Of a DNA stretch of 64,000 bases, positions 36,600 through 51,169 are shown piece by piece. The position numbers and the translations under genes were made by a program. The notes below the pieces were generated by a model that was not told where the DNA came from, ran no database searches, and saw nothing but the letters and a program-made list of their open reading frames with translations. The stretch is taken from positions 7,598,984-7,662,983 of the forward strand of contig NC_092401.1 of assembly GCF_030028105.1 (NCBI RefSeq), given 5' to 3'. This stretch comes from Mobula birostris (lineage: Eukaryota). Position 1 is the first letter of the stretch; each line of letters starts with the position of its first letter.

Positions 36600-39500
36600 C
36601 AGCTCTGAAAGACAGTTTTGAAACCTAAGACAAAAACATTGTGGAAGTAATGGTTCAGAAGTGAGAGGGAGTTACACCCAAGGTGCAGGACACAGGAAAC
36701 TGGGTGACAGTCAGGAAGGGAAGTGCAGAGTACCCCTGTGGCCATCCCCCTCAGCAACCGGTATATCAGTTTGGATACTGTCAGGTGGGTATTCCCTAAC
36801 AGATGAAAGTCACAGTGGTCGGGACTCTGGCACTGAGTCTGCCTCTGTGACTCAGAAGGGAAGGGGGAGAAGAGGCACACTGTGGTGACAGAGGATTCAT
36901 TAGTTAGGGAAACGGATGGGAGGTTCTGTGGGCAAGAACAAGATTCCCAGATGGTATGTTGCCTCCTGGGTGCCAAGGTCTGGGATATCTCAGATCAAGT
37001 CCTCAGCATTCTTAAGTGGCAGGGTGAACAGCAAGAAGTCGTGGTCCAGGTAGGTACCAATGCCATGGGTAGGGCGAGGAACAAGTTCTGTATCGGGAGT
37101 TCAGGGAGTTAGGTATTAAGTTAAAAGACAGGATCTTCAGAGTTGTGATCTCATGATTGCTATCCATGGCATGTGCCAGTGAGGCCAGAACTAGGAAGAT
37201 TATACAGTTAATATGTGGCTAAGGAGTTGGTGTAGGAAGGGGGCATAGAGTTTTCAATCATTGGGCTCTCTTCATAGAAAATAGAACATAGAACAGTACA
37301 GCACAGTACAGGCCCTTCGGCACACAATGTTGTGCCAACCCTTAAACCCTGCCTCCCATATAAACCCCCACCTTAAATACCTCCATATACCCCCACCTTA
37401 AATACCTCCATATACCCCCACCTTAAATACCTCTTAAACTTCACTAGTGTATCTGCTTCCACCACTGACTCAGGCAGTGCATTCCACGCACCAACCACTC
37501 TCTGAGTAAAAAACCTTCCTCTAATATCCCCCTTGAACTTCCCACCCCTTACCTTAAAGCCATGTCCTCTTGTATTGAGCAGTGGTGCCCTGGGGAAGAG
37601 GCGCTGGCTATCCACTCTATCTATTCCTCTTATTATCTTGTTCACCTCTATCATGTCTCCTCTCATCCTCCTTCTCTCCAAAGAGTAAAGCCCTAGCTCC
37701 CTTAATCTCTGATCATAATGCATACTCTCTAAACCAGGCAGCATCCTGGTAAATCTCCTCTGTACCCTTTCCAATGCTTCCACATCCTTCCTATATTGAG
37801 GCGACCAGAACTGGACACAGTACTCCAAGTGTGGCCTAACCAGAGTTTTATAGAGCTGCATCATTACATCGCGACTCTTAAACTCTATCCCTCGACTTAT
37901 GAATGCTAACACTCCATAAGTTTTCTTAACTATCCTATCTATCTGTGAGGCAACTTTCAGGGATTTGTGGACATGTACCGCCAGATCCCTCTGCTCCTCT
38001 ACACTTCCAAGTATCCTGCCATTTACTTTGTATTCTGCCTTGGAGTTTGTCCTTCCAAAGTGTACCACCTCACACTTCTCCAGGTTGAACTCCATCTGCC
38101 ACTTGTCAGCCCATTTCTGCATCCTATCAATGTCTCTCTGCGATCTTTGACACTCCTCTACACTATCCACAACACCACCAACCTTTGTGTCATCTGTAAA
38201 CTTGCCAACCCACACTTCTACCCCCTCATCCAGGTCGTTAATAAAAATAACAAAAAGTAGAGGTCCCAGAACCGATCCTTGTGGGACACCATTAGTCACA
38301 ACCCTCCAATCCGAATATACTCCCTCCACCACGACCCTCTGCAGGCAAGCCAATTCTGAATCCACCTGGCCAAACATCCCTGGATCCCATGCCTTCTGAC
38401 TTTCTGAATAAGCCTACCGTATGGAACCTTGTCAAATGCCTTACTAAAATCCATATAGATCACATCCACTGCACTACCCTCATCTGTATGCCTGGTCACC
38501 TCCTCAAAGAACTTTATCAGGCTTGTTAAGCACAATCTGCCCTTCACAAAGCCATGCTGACTGTCCCTGATCAGACCATGATTCTCTAAATGCCCATAGA
38601 TCCTACCTCTAAGAATCTTTTCCTACAGCTTTCCCACCACAGACATATGGCTCACTGGTCTATAATTACCCGGACTATCGCTACTACCTTTTTTGAACAA
38701 GGGGACAACATTCGCCTCCCTCCAATCCTCCAGTACCATTTCCGTCGACAATGAGGACATTAAGATCCTAGCCAGAGACTCAGCAATCTCTTCCCTCGCC
38801 TCATGGAGCAGCCTGGGGAATATTCCGTCAGGCCCCGGGGACTTATCCGTCCTAATGTATTTTAACAACTCCAACACCTCTTCTCCCTTAATATCAACAT
38901 GCTCCAGAACATCAACCTCACTCATATTGTCCTCACTGTCATCAAGTTCCCTCTCATTGGTGAATACCAAAGAGAAGTATTCATTGAGGACCTCGTTCAC
39001 TTCCATAGCCTCCAGGCACATCTTCCCACCTTTATCTCTAATCGGTCCTATCTTCACTCCTGTCATCCTTTTGTTCTTCACATAATTGAAGAATGCCTTG
39101 GGGTTTTCCTTTACCCTACTCGCCAAGGCCTTCTCATGCCCCCTTCTTGCTCTCCTCAGCCCCTTCTTAAGCTTCATTCTTGCTACCCTATATTCCTCAA
39201 TAGACCCATCTGATCCTTGCTTCCTAAACCTCATGTATGCTGCCTTCTTCCACCTGACTAGATTCTCCACCTCGCTTGTCACCCATGGTTCCTTCACCCT
39301 ACCATTCTTTATCTTCCTCACCGGGACAAATTTATCCCTAACATCCTGCAAGAGGTCCCTAAACATCAACCACATGTCCATCGTACATTTCCCTGCAAAA
39401 ACGTCATCCCAATTCACACCCGCAAATTCTAGCCTCATAATTTGCCCTTCCCCAATTAAAAATTTTCCTGTCCTCTCTGATTCTATCCTGTTCCGTGATA

Positions 39501-42500
39501 ATGTTAAAGGCCAGGGACCGGTGGTCACTGTCCCCCAGATGCTCACCCACTGAGAGATCTGTGACCTGATCTGGTTTGTTACTTCATACTAGATCTAGTA
39601 TGATATTCCCCCTACTTGGCCTGTCACCATACTTTGATAGGAATTCGTCCTGGACACACTTAACAAACTCTGGCCCATCTAAACCATTGGAACTAATCAG
39701 GTGTCAATCAATATCAGGGAAGTTAAAGTCACTGGTGATAACAACCCTGTTATTTTTTGCACCTTTCCAAAATCTGCCTCCCAATCTGCTCCTGGGTATC
39801 TCTGCTGCTACCAGGGGGCCTATAGAATACTCCCAATAGAGTAACTGCTCCCTTCTTGTTCCTGACTTCTACCCATACTGACTCAAAAGAGTATCCTGCT
39901 ACATTACCCACCATTTCTGGAGCTGTAATATTATCCCTGACCAGTATTGCCACCCCTCCTCCCCTTTCTCTCCCCCCCTCAATCCCTTTTAAAGCACTGA
40001 AATCCAGGAATATTGAGAATCCAATCCTGCCCTGGTGCCAGACAAGTCTCTGTAATGACCACTACATCACAATTCCAAGTATGTATCCAAGCTCTCAGTT
40101 CATCACCTTTGTTCCTGATGCTTCTTGCATTGAGGTACACGCACTGTAGCCCTTCTACCTTACTACCTTTACACCCTTTATTCTGCTTCTCTTTCCTCAA
40201 AGCCTCTCTATATGTTAGATCTGGCTTTACTCCATGCACTATACTTGCAGTTCTCGCATGACCTTTATCCTCCTCAACCTCACTATCTGCTCTAACACTC
40301 TGGTTCCCCTCCCCCTGAAAACCTTCCTGCAAGGATGTTAGTTCCCCCCCCCCCCCCAGTTCAGGTGCAACCCGTCCCATCGGAACAGGTCCCACCTTCC
40401 CCGGAACAAGGCCCAATTGTCCAGAAACATGAAGCCCTCCCTCCTGCACCATCTCCTTAGCCACGTATTTAGCTGCATTATCTTCCTATTTCTAGCCTCA
40501 CTAACATGTGGCGCAGGTAGTAATCCTGAGATTGCAACCCTGGAGGTCCTGTCCTTCAACTTTGCACCTAACTCCCTAAATTCTCCTTGCAGGACCTCCT
40601 CCTTCTTCCTGCCCACATCATTGGTCCCTACATGGACCATGACATCCGGCTGCTCACCCTCCCTCTTGAGAATACCGAGAACTCAATCCGAGATATCGCA
40701 GACCCTGGCACCAGGGAGGCAACAGACCATCCTGGATTCTTGATCTCTTCCACAGAACCTCTTGTCTGTCCCCCTAACTGTCGAATTCCCTATCACTACT
40801 GCTCTCCTCTTTTCCCCCCTTCCCTTTTTAGCTGAGGGTCCAGTCACGGTGCCAGAGACGCAACCACTGCAACTTGTCCCTGGTAGGTCGTCCCCATCAA
40901 CAGTATCCAAAATGATGTACTTATTATTGATGGGAATGGTCACAGAGGTGCTCTGCTCATTCTGTCTATTCCCCTTCCCTCTCCTGACAGTCATCCAGCT
41001 ACCTGTCTCCTGACTTTTAAGGGTGACTATCTCCCTGTAACTCCTGTTTATTTCTGCCTCTGCCTCACGAATGATCCGAAGTTCATCCAGCTCCAGCTCC
41101 AGTTCCCTAACTCAGTTTGTCAGGAGCTGCAGCTGGATGCTCCTTTTACAGGTGTAGTCATCAGGGACAATTGTGCTCACCCTGACTTCCCACATCCTGC
41201 AAATGGAGCACTTGACTGCCCTGACTGCTGCCTCCATTACCCATTCCTAAGTTAATTAGATTAATTAAAGGAACTTACCCAGCCTTACCTCACTGGGAAC
41301 AAGCTCTTCCTCAGCCTCTGCTCACTGAAGCCTCTAGAGCCAAAGCCTTCCTACTCTGTCTCCCACTACTCCGTTGCCCGCTCCATTAATTTGCTCAGTT
41401 TTTAAACTCTCCCACTGTCTCATGGGCCAGCTTTCATGCGCTTGTGCAGTCGTGCCCCATTCAAACTGTCGAAGAAATGATCCAATCCAGGGAAGGTGGG
41501 AGCTGTACAGAATGGATGAACTGGAAGGGCACTAATATCCTAGCGGGAAGGATTGCTGGTGTTGCACAAGGAGGTTTAAACTAGAGTTGCAGGGGAATAG
41601 GAACGAGAGTGCCAGAAAGGTTAGTGGAGAGATTGTGGAGGCAGATGTTGGTAAGACCTCAGACAAAGCTAGGAATTAAAAGTTTGAACATGGTGTGACT
41701 AGTGTCCACAGTTGCATATATTTCAATGCAAGAGGTATCATAGGAAAGGTGGATAACAGTCCTAAAGATGAGGTAACTGGTATACAGAGGCAATGTGTAG
41801 TGAGGAGAGGCTGTTGATAGGGCAAAATTGCAATAAACAGGATGAGTCGCAATGTACAAGGCAGACAAAATCAAAAAGGGTGAATACAGGACTGAAGGTG
41901 TTGTATTTGAATGTGTGGAGTATACAGAATAAGGTAGATGAACTTGTAGCACAGTTGCAGGTTGGCAGGTATGATATTGTAGGCATCACTGAATCATGGC
42001 TGAAACATTATAGCTGGGAGCTTAATGTCCAAGGATACACATTGTATTGAAAGGGCAGAAAGTAAGTTAGAGGGGATGGTGTTTCTCTGCTGGTAAAAAA
42101 TGAAATCAAATCATTAGAGATAGATGGCATAGGGTCAGAAGGTGTTGAATCATTGTGGAGAGAGCTAAGGAACTGCAAGGGTGAATAGACCCTTATGGGA
42201 ATTGTATACAGACCCCCAAACAGTAGTAAGGATGTGGCCTACAAATTGCAACAGGAGATAGAAAATGGATCCCAAATGGTCAATATTACTATAGTCAAGG
42301 GGAACTTAAATATGCAAATAGATTGGGAAAATTAGGTTAGTGCTGGATCCCAAGAGGGGTTAGCTTCTGGTTGAGGGGATCAGCTATTCTAGATTTAGTG
42401 TTGTGCAATGAACCAGAATTGATGAGACAGCTTAAGGTAAAAGAACCTTTAGGGACAAGTGATCATAATATGATTGAATTCACCCTGAGAATTTGAGAAG

Positions 42501-42520
42501 GAGTAGCTAAAGTCAGATGT
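36600..42520 (+). mobile_element. Older plus-strand CR1 (ORF1 esterase into APE) split by an antisense CR1
   Basis: The sequence cattgggctctctt (about 37272) resumes as ccagggaaggtgggagctg (41487), which is contiguous CR1 ORF1. VQVGTNA lies on the left and VLYLNVWSIQNK/ITESWL on the right. Confidence 0.75.
37273..41486 (-). mobile_element. Near full-length CR1 with SGNH-esterase ORF1 and frameshifted ORF2
   Basis: ORF1: AVVIGNSTVRG, VHVGTNDVG, DGLHLN. ORF2 pieces at 39979-40464, 38623-39546 and 37373-38377 (FTDDTKVGG). The tail is (catagaa)n. Confidence 0.92.
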
Positions 42521-42599
42521 ATCAATTAAAACTTAGCTAGTCTATATAATATTCTGAATAGTTAAATTAAATAAGTTGTGAGAAAAAGTAGTGAGGATT

Positions 42600-45500
42600 A
42601 TTCAGTAGTGAGATTTGGAGCAAGAAGGCTGCGAGTGAACGGCTGATTTTTTGGAGTGAAGGGAGTTTTTTACTACTCGGGGTAAAAGAGAGGCGAGACT
42701 GCGCAGGCGCATGATGTCAGACAATAGAGCATGAAAGGTTTAAAAAGAAGACCGCTATATCCAGCGGGCAGCGGAGTGAGAGGCAGCAGAGTGATAGGGC
42801 TTTGGCTCAATGGGCTTAGGCAGTACTTGGACAAGACAAGGTAGGCTTACCGGTGTTATTTGTGTAAAGGAGGAAGTATAAGGCCAGTTTTCTGTGCCCA
42901 GTGTCAGACATGGGAGATCCTGGAGTCTCCCAGCCTCCTGGACAGCCATATCTGCTCCAGGTGTGTTGAGCTGCAGCCCCTGAGGGACCGAGTTAGGGAA
43001 CTGTAGGTGCAGCTCGATGACCTTCCCCTGGTCAGGAAGAGTGAGGAGGTGATAGATAGGAGTTATAGGCAGGTGGTCACACCGGGGCCACGGGAAACAG
43101 ACAAGTGGGTCACAGTCAGGAGAGGGAAGGGGAGGAGTTAGGTACCAGAGATTACACCTGTGGCTGTACCCCTTGACAATAAGTACTCCTGTTTGAATAC
43201 TGTTGGGGGGGACAGCCTACCTGGGGGAAAAAACAGTGGCCGTGCCTATGGCACAGAGTCTGGCCTTGTGGCTCAGAAGGGTAGGGAAAGGAGGAGGATG
43301 GCAGTAGTGATAGGGGACTCTATAGTTAGGGGGTCAGAAAGACGATTCTGTGGATGCAGGAAAGAAACTTGGATGGTAGTTTGCCTCCCAGGTGCCAGGA
43401 TCCGGGACGTTTCAGATCATGTCCAAGGTATCCTGCAGTGTGAGGGAGAACAGCCAGAGGTTGTGGTACATATTGTTACTAATGACATAGGTAGGAAAAG
43501 GGAAGAGGTCCTGAAAAAAGACTACAGGGAGTTAGGAAGGAAGTTGAGAAGCAGGACCACAAAGGTAGTAATCTCGGGATTACTGCTTGTGCCACGGGAC
43601 AGTGAGAATAGGAATAGAATGAGGTGGAGGATAAATGCGTGGCTGAGGGATTGGAGCAGGGGGCAGGGATTCAGATTTCTGGATCATTGGGACCTCTTTT
43701 GGGGCAAGAGTGACCTGTACAAAAAGGACGGATTGCACTTGAATCCCAGGGGAACCAATACCCTGGCGGGGAGGTTTGCTAAGGCTATTGGGGAGAGTTT
43801 AAACTAGAATTGTTGGGGGGGGGTGGGAACTGAAATGAAGAGACTGGGGAAGAGGAGGTTGGCTCACAAATTGAGAAAGCTTGTAGACAGTGCGAGAGGA
43901 AGGATAGGTAGGTGGTAGAGAAGGAAGGCGCTCAGACCGAAAGTTTGAGATATGTCTATTTTAACGCAAGGAGTGTTGTGAACAAAGCGGATGAGCTTAG
44001 AGCATGGATCAGTACTTGGACATGTGCTGTGGTGGCCATTACAGAGACTTGGATGGCTCAGAGACGGGAATGGTTACTTCAAGTGCTGGGTTTTAGATGT
44101 TTCAGAAAGGACAGGGAGGGAGGCAAAAGAGGTGGGGGTGTGGCACTGTTGATTAGAGATAGTGTCACAGCTGCAGAAAAGGTGTACACCATGGAGGGAT
44201 TGTCTACGGAGTCTCTGTAGGTGGAGGTTAGGAACAGGAAGGGGTCAATAACTTTACTGGGTGTTTTTTCATAGGCCGCCCAATAGTAACAGGGATATAG
44301 AGGAGCAGATAGGGAAACAGATCCTGGAAAGGTGTAATAATAACAGTTGTCATGATGGGAGATATTAATTTCCCAAATATTGTTTGGCATCTCCCTAGAG
44401 CAAGGGGTTTAGATGGGGTAGAGTTTGTTAGGTGTGTTCAGGAAATTTTCTTGACACAATATGTAGATAAGCTTACAAGAGGAGAGGCTGTACCTGATTT
44501 GGTATTGGGAAATGAACCTGGTCAGGTGTCATATCTCTCAGTGGGAGAGCATTTTGGAGATAGTGATCACAATTCTATCTCCTTTACAATAGCATTGGAG
44601 AGAGATAGGAACAGACAAGTTAGAAAAACATTTAATTGGAGTAAGGGGAGTTATAAGGCTATCAGGCAGGAAATTGGAAGCTTGAATTGGGAACAGATGT
44701 TCTCAGGGAAAAATACGAAAGAAATGTGGCAAATGTTCAGGGAATATTTGTGTGGAATTCTGCATAGGTACGTTCCAATGAGACAGGGAAGTTATGGTAG
44801 GATACAGAAACCGTGGTGTACAAAGGCTGTAATAAATCTAGTCAAGAAGAAAAGAAAAGCTTACAAAATGTTCAGAGAGCTAGGTAATGTTAGAGAGCTA
44901 GAAGATTATAAGGCTAATAGGAAGGAGCTTAAGAAGGAAATTAGAGCCAGAAGGGGCTGTGAGCAGGCCTTGGCGGGCAGGATTAAGGAAAACCCCAAGA
45001 CATTCTACAAGTACGTGAAGAGCAAGAGGATAGGACGTGAAAGATTAGGACCTATCAAGTGTGACAGTGGGAAAGTGTGTATGGAACTGGAGGAAATAGC
45101 AGAGGTACTTAATGAATACTTTACTTCAGTATTCACTATGGACTCGTATGGCCAGATTTGGGAACAGCTTCTTTCCAACGGTGATAAGACTGTTGAACGG
45201 ATCCTGACCCGGATCTGGGCCGTACCCTCCAAATATCCAGATCTGCATCTCGGTTTTTTTGCACTACCTTACTTTCCATTTTTCTATTTTCTATTTATGA
45301 TTTATAATTTAAATTTTTAATATTTACTATCGATTTGTAATCCAGGGAGCGGGAAGCGCAGAATCAAATATCACTATGATGATTGTACGTTCTAGTATCA
45401 ATTGTTTGGTGACAATAAAGTATAAAGTAAAGTAAGGTAAAAGGAACTTGGTAATTGTAGTGATGACTTTCAGCAGACTGAAAAGCTTGAGCGTGTAGAT

Positions 45501-47100
45501 ATTAAGAAAGAGGATGTGCTGGGGCTTTTGGAAAACATCAAGTTGGATAAGTCGCTGGGACTGGATGAGATGTACCCCAGGCTATTGTGGGAGGCAAGGG
45601 AGAAGATTGCTGAGCCTCTGGCGATGATGACGCAAAGATCAATGAGGATGGGAGAAGTTCTGGAGGATTGGAGGGTTGCAGATGTTGTCCCTTTATTCAA
45701 GAAAGGGAGTAGAGATAGCCCAGGAAATTATAGGCCAGTGAGTCTTACCTCAGTGATTGGCATGTTGATGGAGAAGATCCTGAGAGGCAGGATTTATGAA
45801 CATTTGTGGAGGTATAATATGATTAGGAGTAGTTAGCATGGCTTTGTCAAGGGCAGGTCGTGCCGTATGAGCCTGATTGAATTTTTGAGGATGTGACTAA
45901 ACACATTGATGAAGGAAGAGCAGCAGATGTAGTGTTAATAGATTTCAGCAAGGCATTTGTTCAGGTACCCCGTGCAAGGCTTATTGAGAAAGTAAGGAGG
46001 CATGGGATCCAAGGTGACGTTGCTTTGTGGATCCAGAACTGGCTTGCCTAGAGAAGGCAAAGAGTGGTTGTAGACGGGTGACATCCTGCATAGAGGTCAG
46101 TGACCAGTGGTGTGCCTCAGGGATCTGTTCTGGGACCCTTACTCTTCGTGATTTTTATAAATGACCTGAATGAGGAAGTGGAGGGATGGGTTAGTAAGTT
46201 TACTGATGACACAAAGGTTAGGGGTGTTGTGGATAGTGTGGAAGGCTGTCAGAAGTTACAGTGGGACATTGATAGGATGCAAAACTGGGCTGAGAAGTGG
46301 TAGATGGATTTCAACCCAGATAAGTGTGAAGTGGTTCATTTTGGTAGGTCGAATATGATGGCAGAATATAGTATTAATGGTAAGACTCTTGGCAGTGTGG
46401 AGGATCAGAGGGATCTTGAGGTCCAAGTCCATAGGGCTCTCAAAGCAGCTGTGCAGGTTGACTCTGTGGTTAAGAAGGCATAGGGTGTATTGGCCTTCAT
46501 CAATTGTGGAATTTAGGAGCCGAGAGGTAATGTTGCTGCTACATAGGACCCTGGTCAGACCCCACTTGGAGTACTGTGCTCAGTTCTGGTCGCCTCACTA
46601 CAGGAAGGATGTGGAAGCCATAGAAAGGGTGCAATGGAGATTTACAAGGATGTTGCCTGGATTGGAGAGCATGCCTTATGAGAATAGGTTGAGTGAATTT
46701 GGCCTTTTCTCCTTGGAGTGACGGAGGATGAGAGGTGACCTGATAGAGGTGTATAAGGTGATGAGAGGCATTGATCCTGTGGATAGTCAGAGGCTTTTTC
46801 CCAGGGCTGAAATGGTTGCCACAAGAAGGCAGAGGTTTAAGGTGCTGGGGAGTAGGTACAGAGGAGATGTCAGGGGTAAGATTTTTACTCAGAGAGCGGT
46901 GAGTGCGTGGAATGGGCTGCCGGCAACGGTGGTGGAGGCTGATACCATAGGGTCTTCTAAGAGACTTTTAGATGGGTACATAGAGCTTAGAAAAATAGAG
47001 AGCTATAGGTAAGCCGAGTAATTTCTAAGGTAGGGACATGTTCGGCACAACTTTGTGGGCCTAAGGGCCTTTATTGTGCTGTAGGTTTTCTATGTTTCTT
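42600..47100 (+). mobile_element. Near full-length CR1 (zinc finger/coiled-coil and SGNH-esterase ORF1; disrupted ORF2)
   Basis: CAQCQTWE..HICSRCVEL at about 42895, ORF 43160-43807 (GDSIVRG, TNDIG, DGLHLN), APE and RT fragments, and a ttctatgtttct tail. A roughly 300-bp LINE 3'-end fragment is inserted at about 45141-45439. Confidence 0.92.
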
Positions 47101-49569
47101 GTGCTCGTGATTTAAATTCTCATTCAGGAATCGGGTGGTGGAGGGGAAGAAGCTGTTAGTGAATTGTTGAGTGTGTGCCTTCAGGCTTCTGTACCTCCTT
47201 CCTGATGGTAGCAATGAGAAGGGAGCATGTGATGGGTTTCGTTACTGATGGATGTCGCCTTTTTGAGCGGTTGCTGCTTAAAACTGTTCTGTATGCTGGG
47301 GGCGCTTTTGCCCACGACGGCGCTGATCGAGTTCGCAGCTTTCTACAGCTTCTTTTGACAGCTTTCTCCACGACACGTTTTGTCTTTAACTTTCCAATAT
47401 AACTGTCAACTCCAACCTCCACAACCTCTCTAGCAAAACCAGGCGGAGGGTTTAAATCTGCCTCCAGCTGGCCGAGAAGGAACAGGAAACTCTACTGTTG
47501 GTCGGGGGAGGCGGGTTGTAATTACGTGGCCCGACCACAGTAGTTATTTCAGATGCAGAATTGGAAGTTTTTAAATGTGGATTCTAACTTCCTAAGATTT
47601 ATTCCACAACAAATGCCTTGGTTAAACTTATAAATCAGTGTACACATACTCAGATGAATATAAAAGAATGATACCTCCCCACCAGTGGTGTTGCCTTCGG
47701 TAGGGCACAGTGCGCTTGCTCCCACTAGCCCAGGGATTACTTTAGGACACCCCAAACTGCCCCTCCAGTTTTTTGGGGGGCTGTTGTGCTGTCCACAAAC
47801 CAATGTAATGCCATGACTGAATATAAATGAACTGTTTGAAATGTCTGTGTCCAGAATCCTTATTTTTATCTATTATAAACCAGTGCAGCACGTTAACTGA
47901 GGGGATTATTTTGATTAGCCAAACTAGCTATTGTCTGACTGGTGGGGTGCGTAAGTGCTGAACTCCCAAAAACTGCAGAGCGGGAGGGCAAAGTTTGTGA
48001 ACTACTGGGGAAACGAGACCAGGGACGGAACGAGGAAGAGTGACTAACCGGGCAACGGGGCGAGGTTAGTGGGAGAATTAGCATTGCCAGCCTGTTTTGT
48101 CACAGTGCCATACCAAATTTTCTCAGACTCCGAATGAAATCAAGCCACTGTCCTGCCTTCTTTGTAACTGCATCGATATGTCAGGCCCAGGATATATTCT
48201 CTGCAAAGTTGATACTCAGGAACTTGAAAGTGCCCAATGCGGTTGTTTTGGCAATAATTGGAGTTGACAACCATAAAGAAACCGTTAAAGGAAGCTCCCA
48301 AACATCGGGCAACTTAGCTCTGAAAGCCAGGTTTGAAATATAACACAAGATCACAGGGTAAAAATTGCAAAAGCAATAGACGCATGCAAGAAGTAAAATT
48401 TGTCAAAAGATTTTTATCGCACACAGTAGCATGTTTGAAGGTAACTTTGAAATTTGCTGCGAATGATTAAAGATTAAATTGGTCATACAATTATGAAACT
48501 TCATGCAAGAGGGAAGAGGCAGTAGGTGGTGGAGGACAATGGGAGGAGCACAGGATCGATACAAGTGGGTGAGCGATGGTCGGCACGGGCAGGTGGCCAA
48601 AGTTTGTTTCTTTACTGTATCAATCTGAAACTCTGATTAGGAAGAAGGAGCAGGAAATGAAAGCGTTTGGGACAGAGTACAAGCAAAGATACGGCGGGGA
48701 GGGGTGTGGGTAGAGACGGTAAAAAAGATGAGAGATAACAGCACAGAGAGTGAGAGGAAGGGGGTAGGGAAGGGTGAAGGGAGAAACTGAGGTGTCAGGA
48801 AAGAGGAGAAGGAGTGAGGATAGAGAGACCAAGCAAGCTGCAGAGATGAGGCATGAATGGAAGCCGGGCAGGAGAATAGAAGACCTAAGGGGGAGGATAA
48901 GGAGAAGAGAGGGAGAAGGATTTGAGGAGGAGGAATGGGGAGGAATAACATTAGAATTTTGACATTGCAGAGGGGCACACGATTCTCCATTCTGGGGGTG
49001 CTCAGGCCATCAGTGGATGGAATATAGAATAATAAAGCACAGGGACTGGCCCTTCAGTCCATAACATGTGTCGATGATGAAGCCAAGTTAAACGAAACCA
49101 ATCTGTCTGTAAGTGATCAATAATGCCTTCATTCCCTGCATGGTCACAGTGTGATCAATCACTAAAATACTACTGATTCTACCAACACCCTGCATCCCTT
49201 TTGCGCCTACCACTCTGTTAAATACTCACCCACACACCACCTTTAAACTTTTTAACTGTTCGTCTTGATGCTACGTTCTTTAGCACCTGATATTGCTCCC
49301 CGATGAAAATGACTGACTAACTACCCTGTCTCGGCCTCTCATAATCCGATAAACCTGCATTACCGGCATGCATTACTAAATGACATTAAAAGAGGACTGC
49401 GTGTCCTCATAATCTAATCTAAACCTCTATCAGGCCTCCCCTCAGGGTCTCACTCAGAGGGAGGAATTCCTCTGATGTCCTCAGCTCAATCCTCTGCAAT
49501 ATTCAGGGATCGGTGGGCGACACTGTGTCCCCTTTATCCCTGTATTTCTTTTACTGTGTATTCCTTTGC

Positions 49570-49799
49570 NNNNNNNNNNNNNNNNNNNNNNNNNNNNNNN
49601 NNNNNNNNNNNNNNNNNNNNNNNNNNNNNNNNNNNNNNNNNNNNNNNNNNNNNNNNNNNNNNNNNNNNNNNNNNNNNNNNNNNNNNNNNNNNNNNNNNNN
49701 NNNNNNNNNNNNNNNNNNNNNNNNNNNNNNNNNNNNNNNNNNNNNNNNNNNNNNNNNNNNNNNNNNNNNNNNNNNNNNNNNNNNNNNNNNNNNNNNNNN
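49570..49799. other. Assembly gap (230 N) within gene B intron 5
   Basis: Run of N. Confidence 1.
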
Positions 49800-50218
49800 T
49801 AAGTTCAAGTTTAATTGTCATTCAACCATCCCCGTGAATACAGCCAAATGAAAGACCATTCCTCCGTGGCCAGGGTGCAAAACACAATGGGAACAGTCAC
49901 GCACAGCACATATAATTACGATAGCAGGAAAACAGTTAAATATTTTAAGTAATATTAGAAATATAGATAGCCCAAGTCCGAGTGTTGTAGCCCGTTGTTT
50001 TTTTAAACACTGAACCTCATGTCTGGAACATTGTTAACTCCTGTAGTCCTGTGCTTTCTTCCCCACTATCAACGCATATCCAGAATTATTAATTAAACTT
50101 TTCTGTTTAAAAAAAAATTAGTTGATATATACCACAAAGATAAAAAGAAAATGAAAATAACTAGCAACAGATAACCTCACACATCACTACCCGGCGGTAC
50201 CAGTGTGATGTCACTCAC

Positions 50219-50500
50219 CATGGACAGTGAGAGTGGCTGACTGTCGTTTAACAATGGTATTGGGGTGATGCTGAAGTGTCAGCTCGGCCTCACAAGTGAA
50301 CTGCTGTCCATTCAGCTCTGCTCGTGGATTCACAGTGTGGTAGATAGTCAGCCCAGTACTGGCTGACCTGTTCACTAATATTTCACTTCCCTTCTTCAGT
50401 CTGAGTTGAAGTTCCCCTGAGACGTTAAACACACTGCAGGTAATATTCACCGGAATACCCTCAGTGGTGATCAGGATTTGGATTTCAGGGTTGGAGAAAA
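50219..50500 (-). CDS. Gene B exon 5, Ig domain 4
   Basis: Acceptor ttgttacag|TT, donor CATG|gtgagt, 282 nt. Paralogous to 1702-1983. Confidence 0.9.
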
Positions 50501-51169
50501 CTGTAACAACAGAAAACATTGTTCGAAACTTTCTCAAAGCAAGTCCTGCATTCCCTCTGCCTGACTGGACTAATGTAGCTAAAGCATCTGTACGGTCAGC
50601 CTGGAACATCACATCCACCCGTCTGTGTGTCATGTGGCTGGATAATTATCAAAATCCCCACACAATTCCCAATATCACAGCTGGCATTCATCCCTGACCC
50701 AGAACAATGGACTCCTACCACATGTAGTTTTTTTAAATTTGTCTCACTTCAAATTGCTTCTTTATTTCTTTGTGAGATGTTTGTTTCTTGATTTTGATTG
50801 CACAATTTCAGTTTTCATTACACAGAAAATTCTGACTGATTTACTTACTGTTAACAACTTCTCAGGTAAGTATATTCAGGAAACATCATCAACCAAAGAT
50901 AAAACTGGGAACAGGACCTAGTCACACAGCCCATTGAGCCTGCTCCACCACCCTGTAAGACCATAATTTGTTACAGATCTGCAGCTTTATGCTCATCTTC
51001 CAATTAAAAGCTAATCATTTCACTGGGAAATGGCCCCATTGACTGGGGACGTTTTGTGTCTCGGGCTGCCAGTTTAATCAATGCTGACACAACTGCTTGA
51101 GGAAACACCACTGACTAACAACAGGAAGCTAAGTTCTGGTCCTTGTCTGAGTGCTGTGAACATACTCAC

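Noticed and set aside
43160-43807. SGNH hydrolase ORF as a captured or host esterase gene
   Set aside because: It is the known ORF1 esterase of CR1 elements and occurs three times in this window, each time upstream of APE/RT.
49475-49851. ORFs containing long runs of X
   Set aside because: Artefacts of the N gap.
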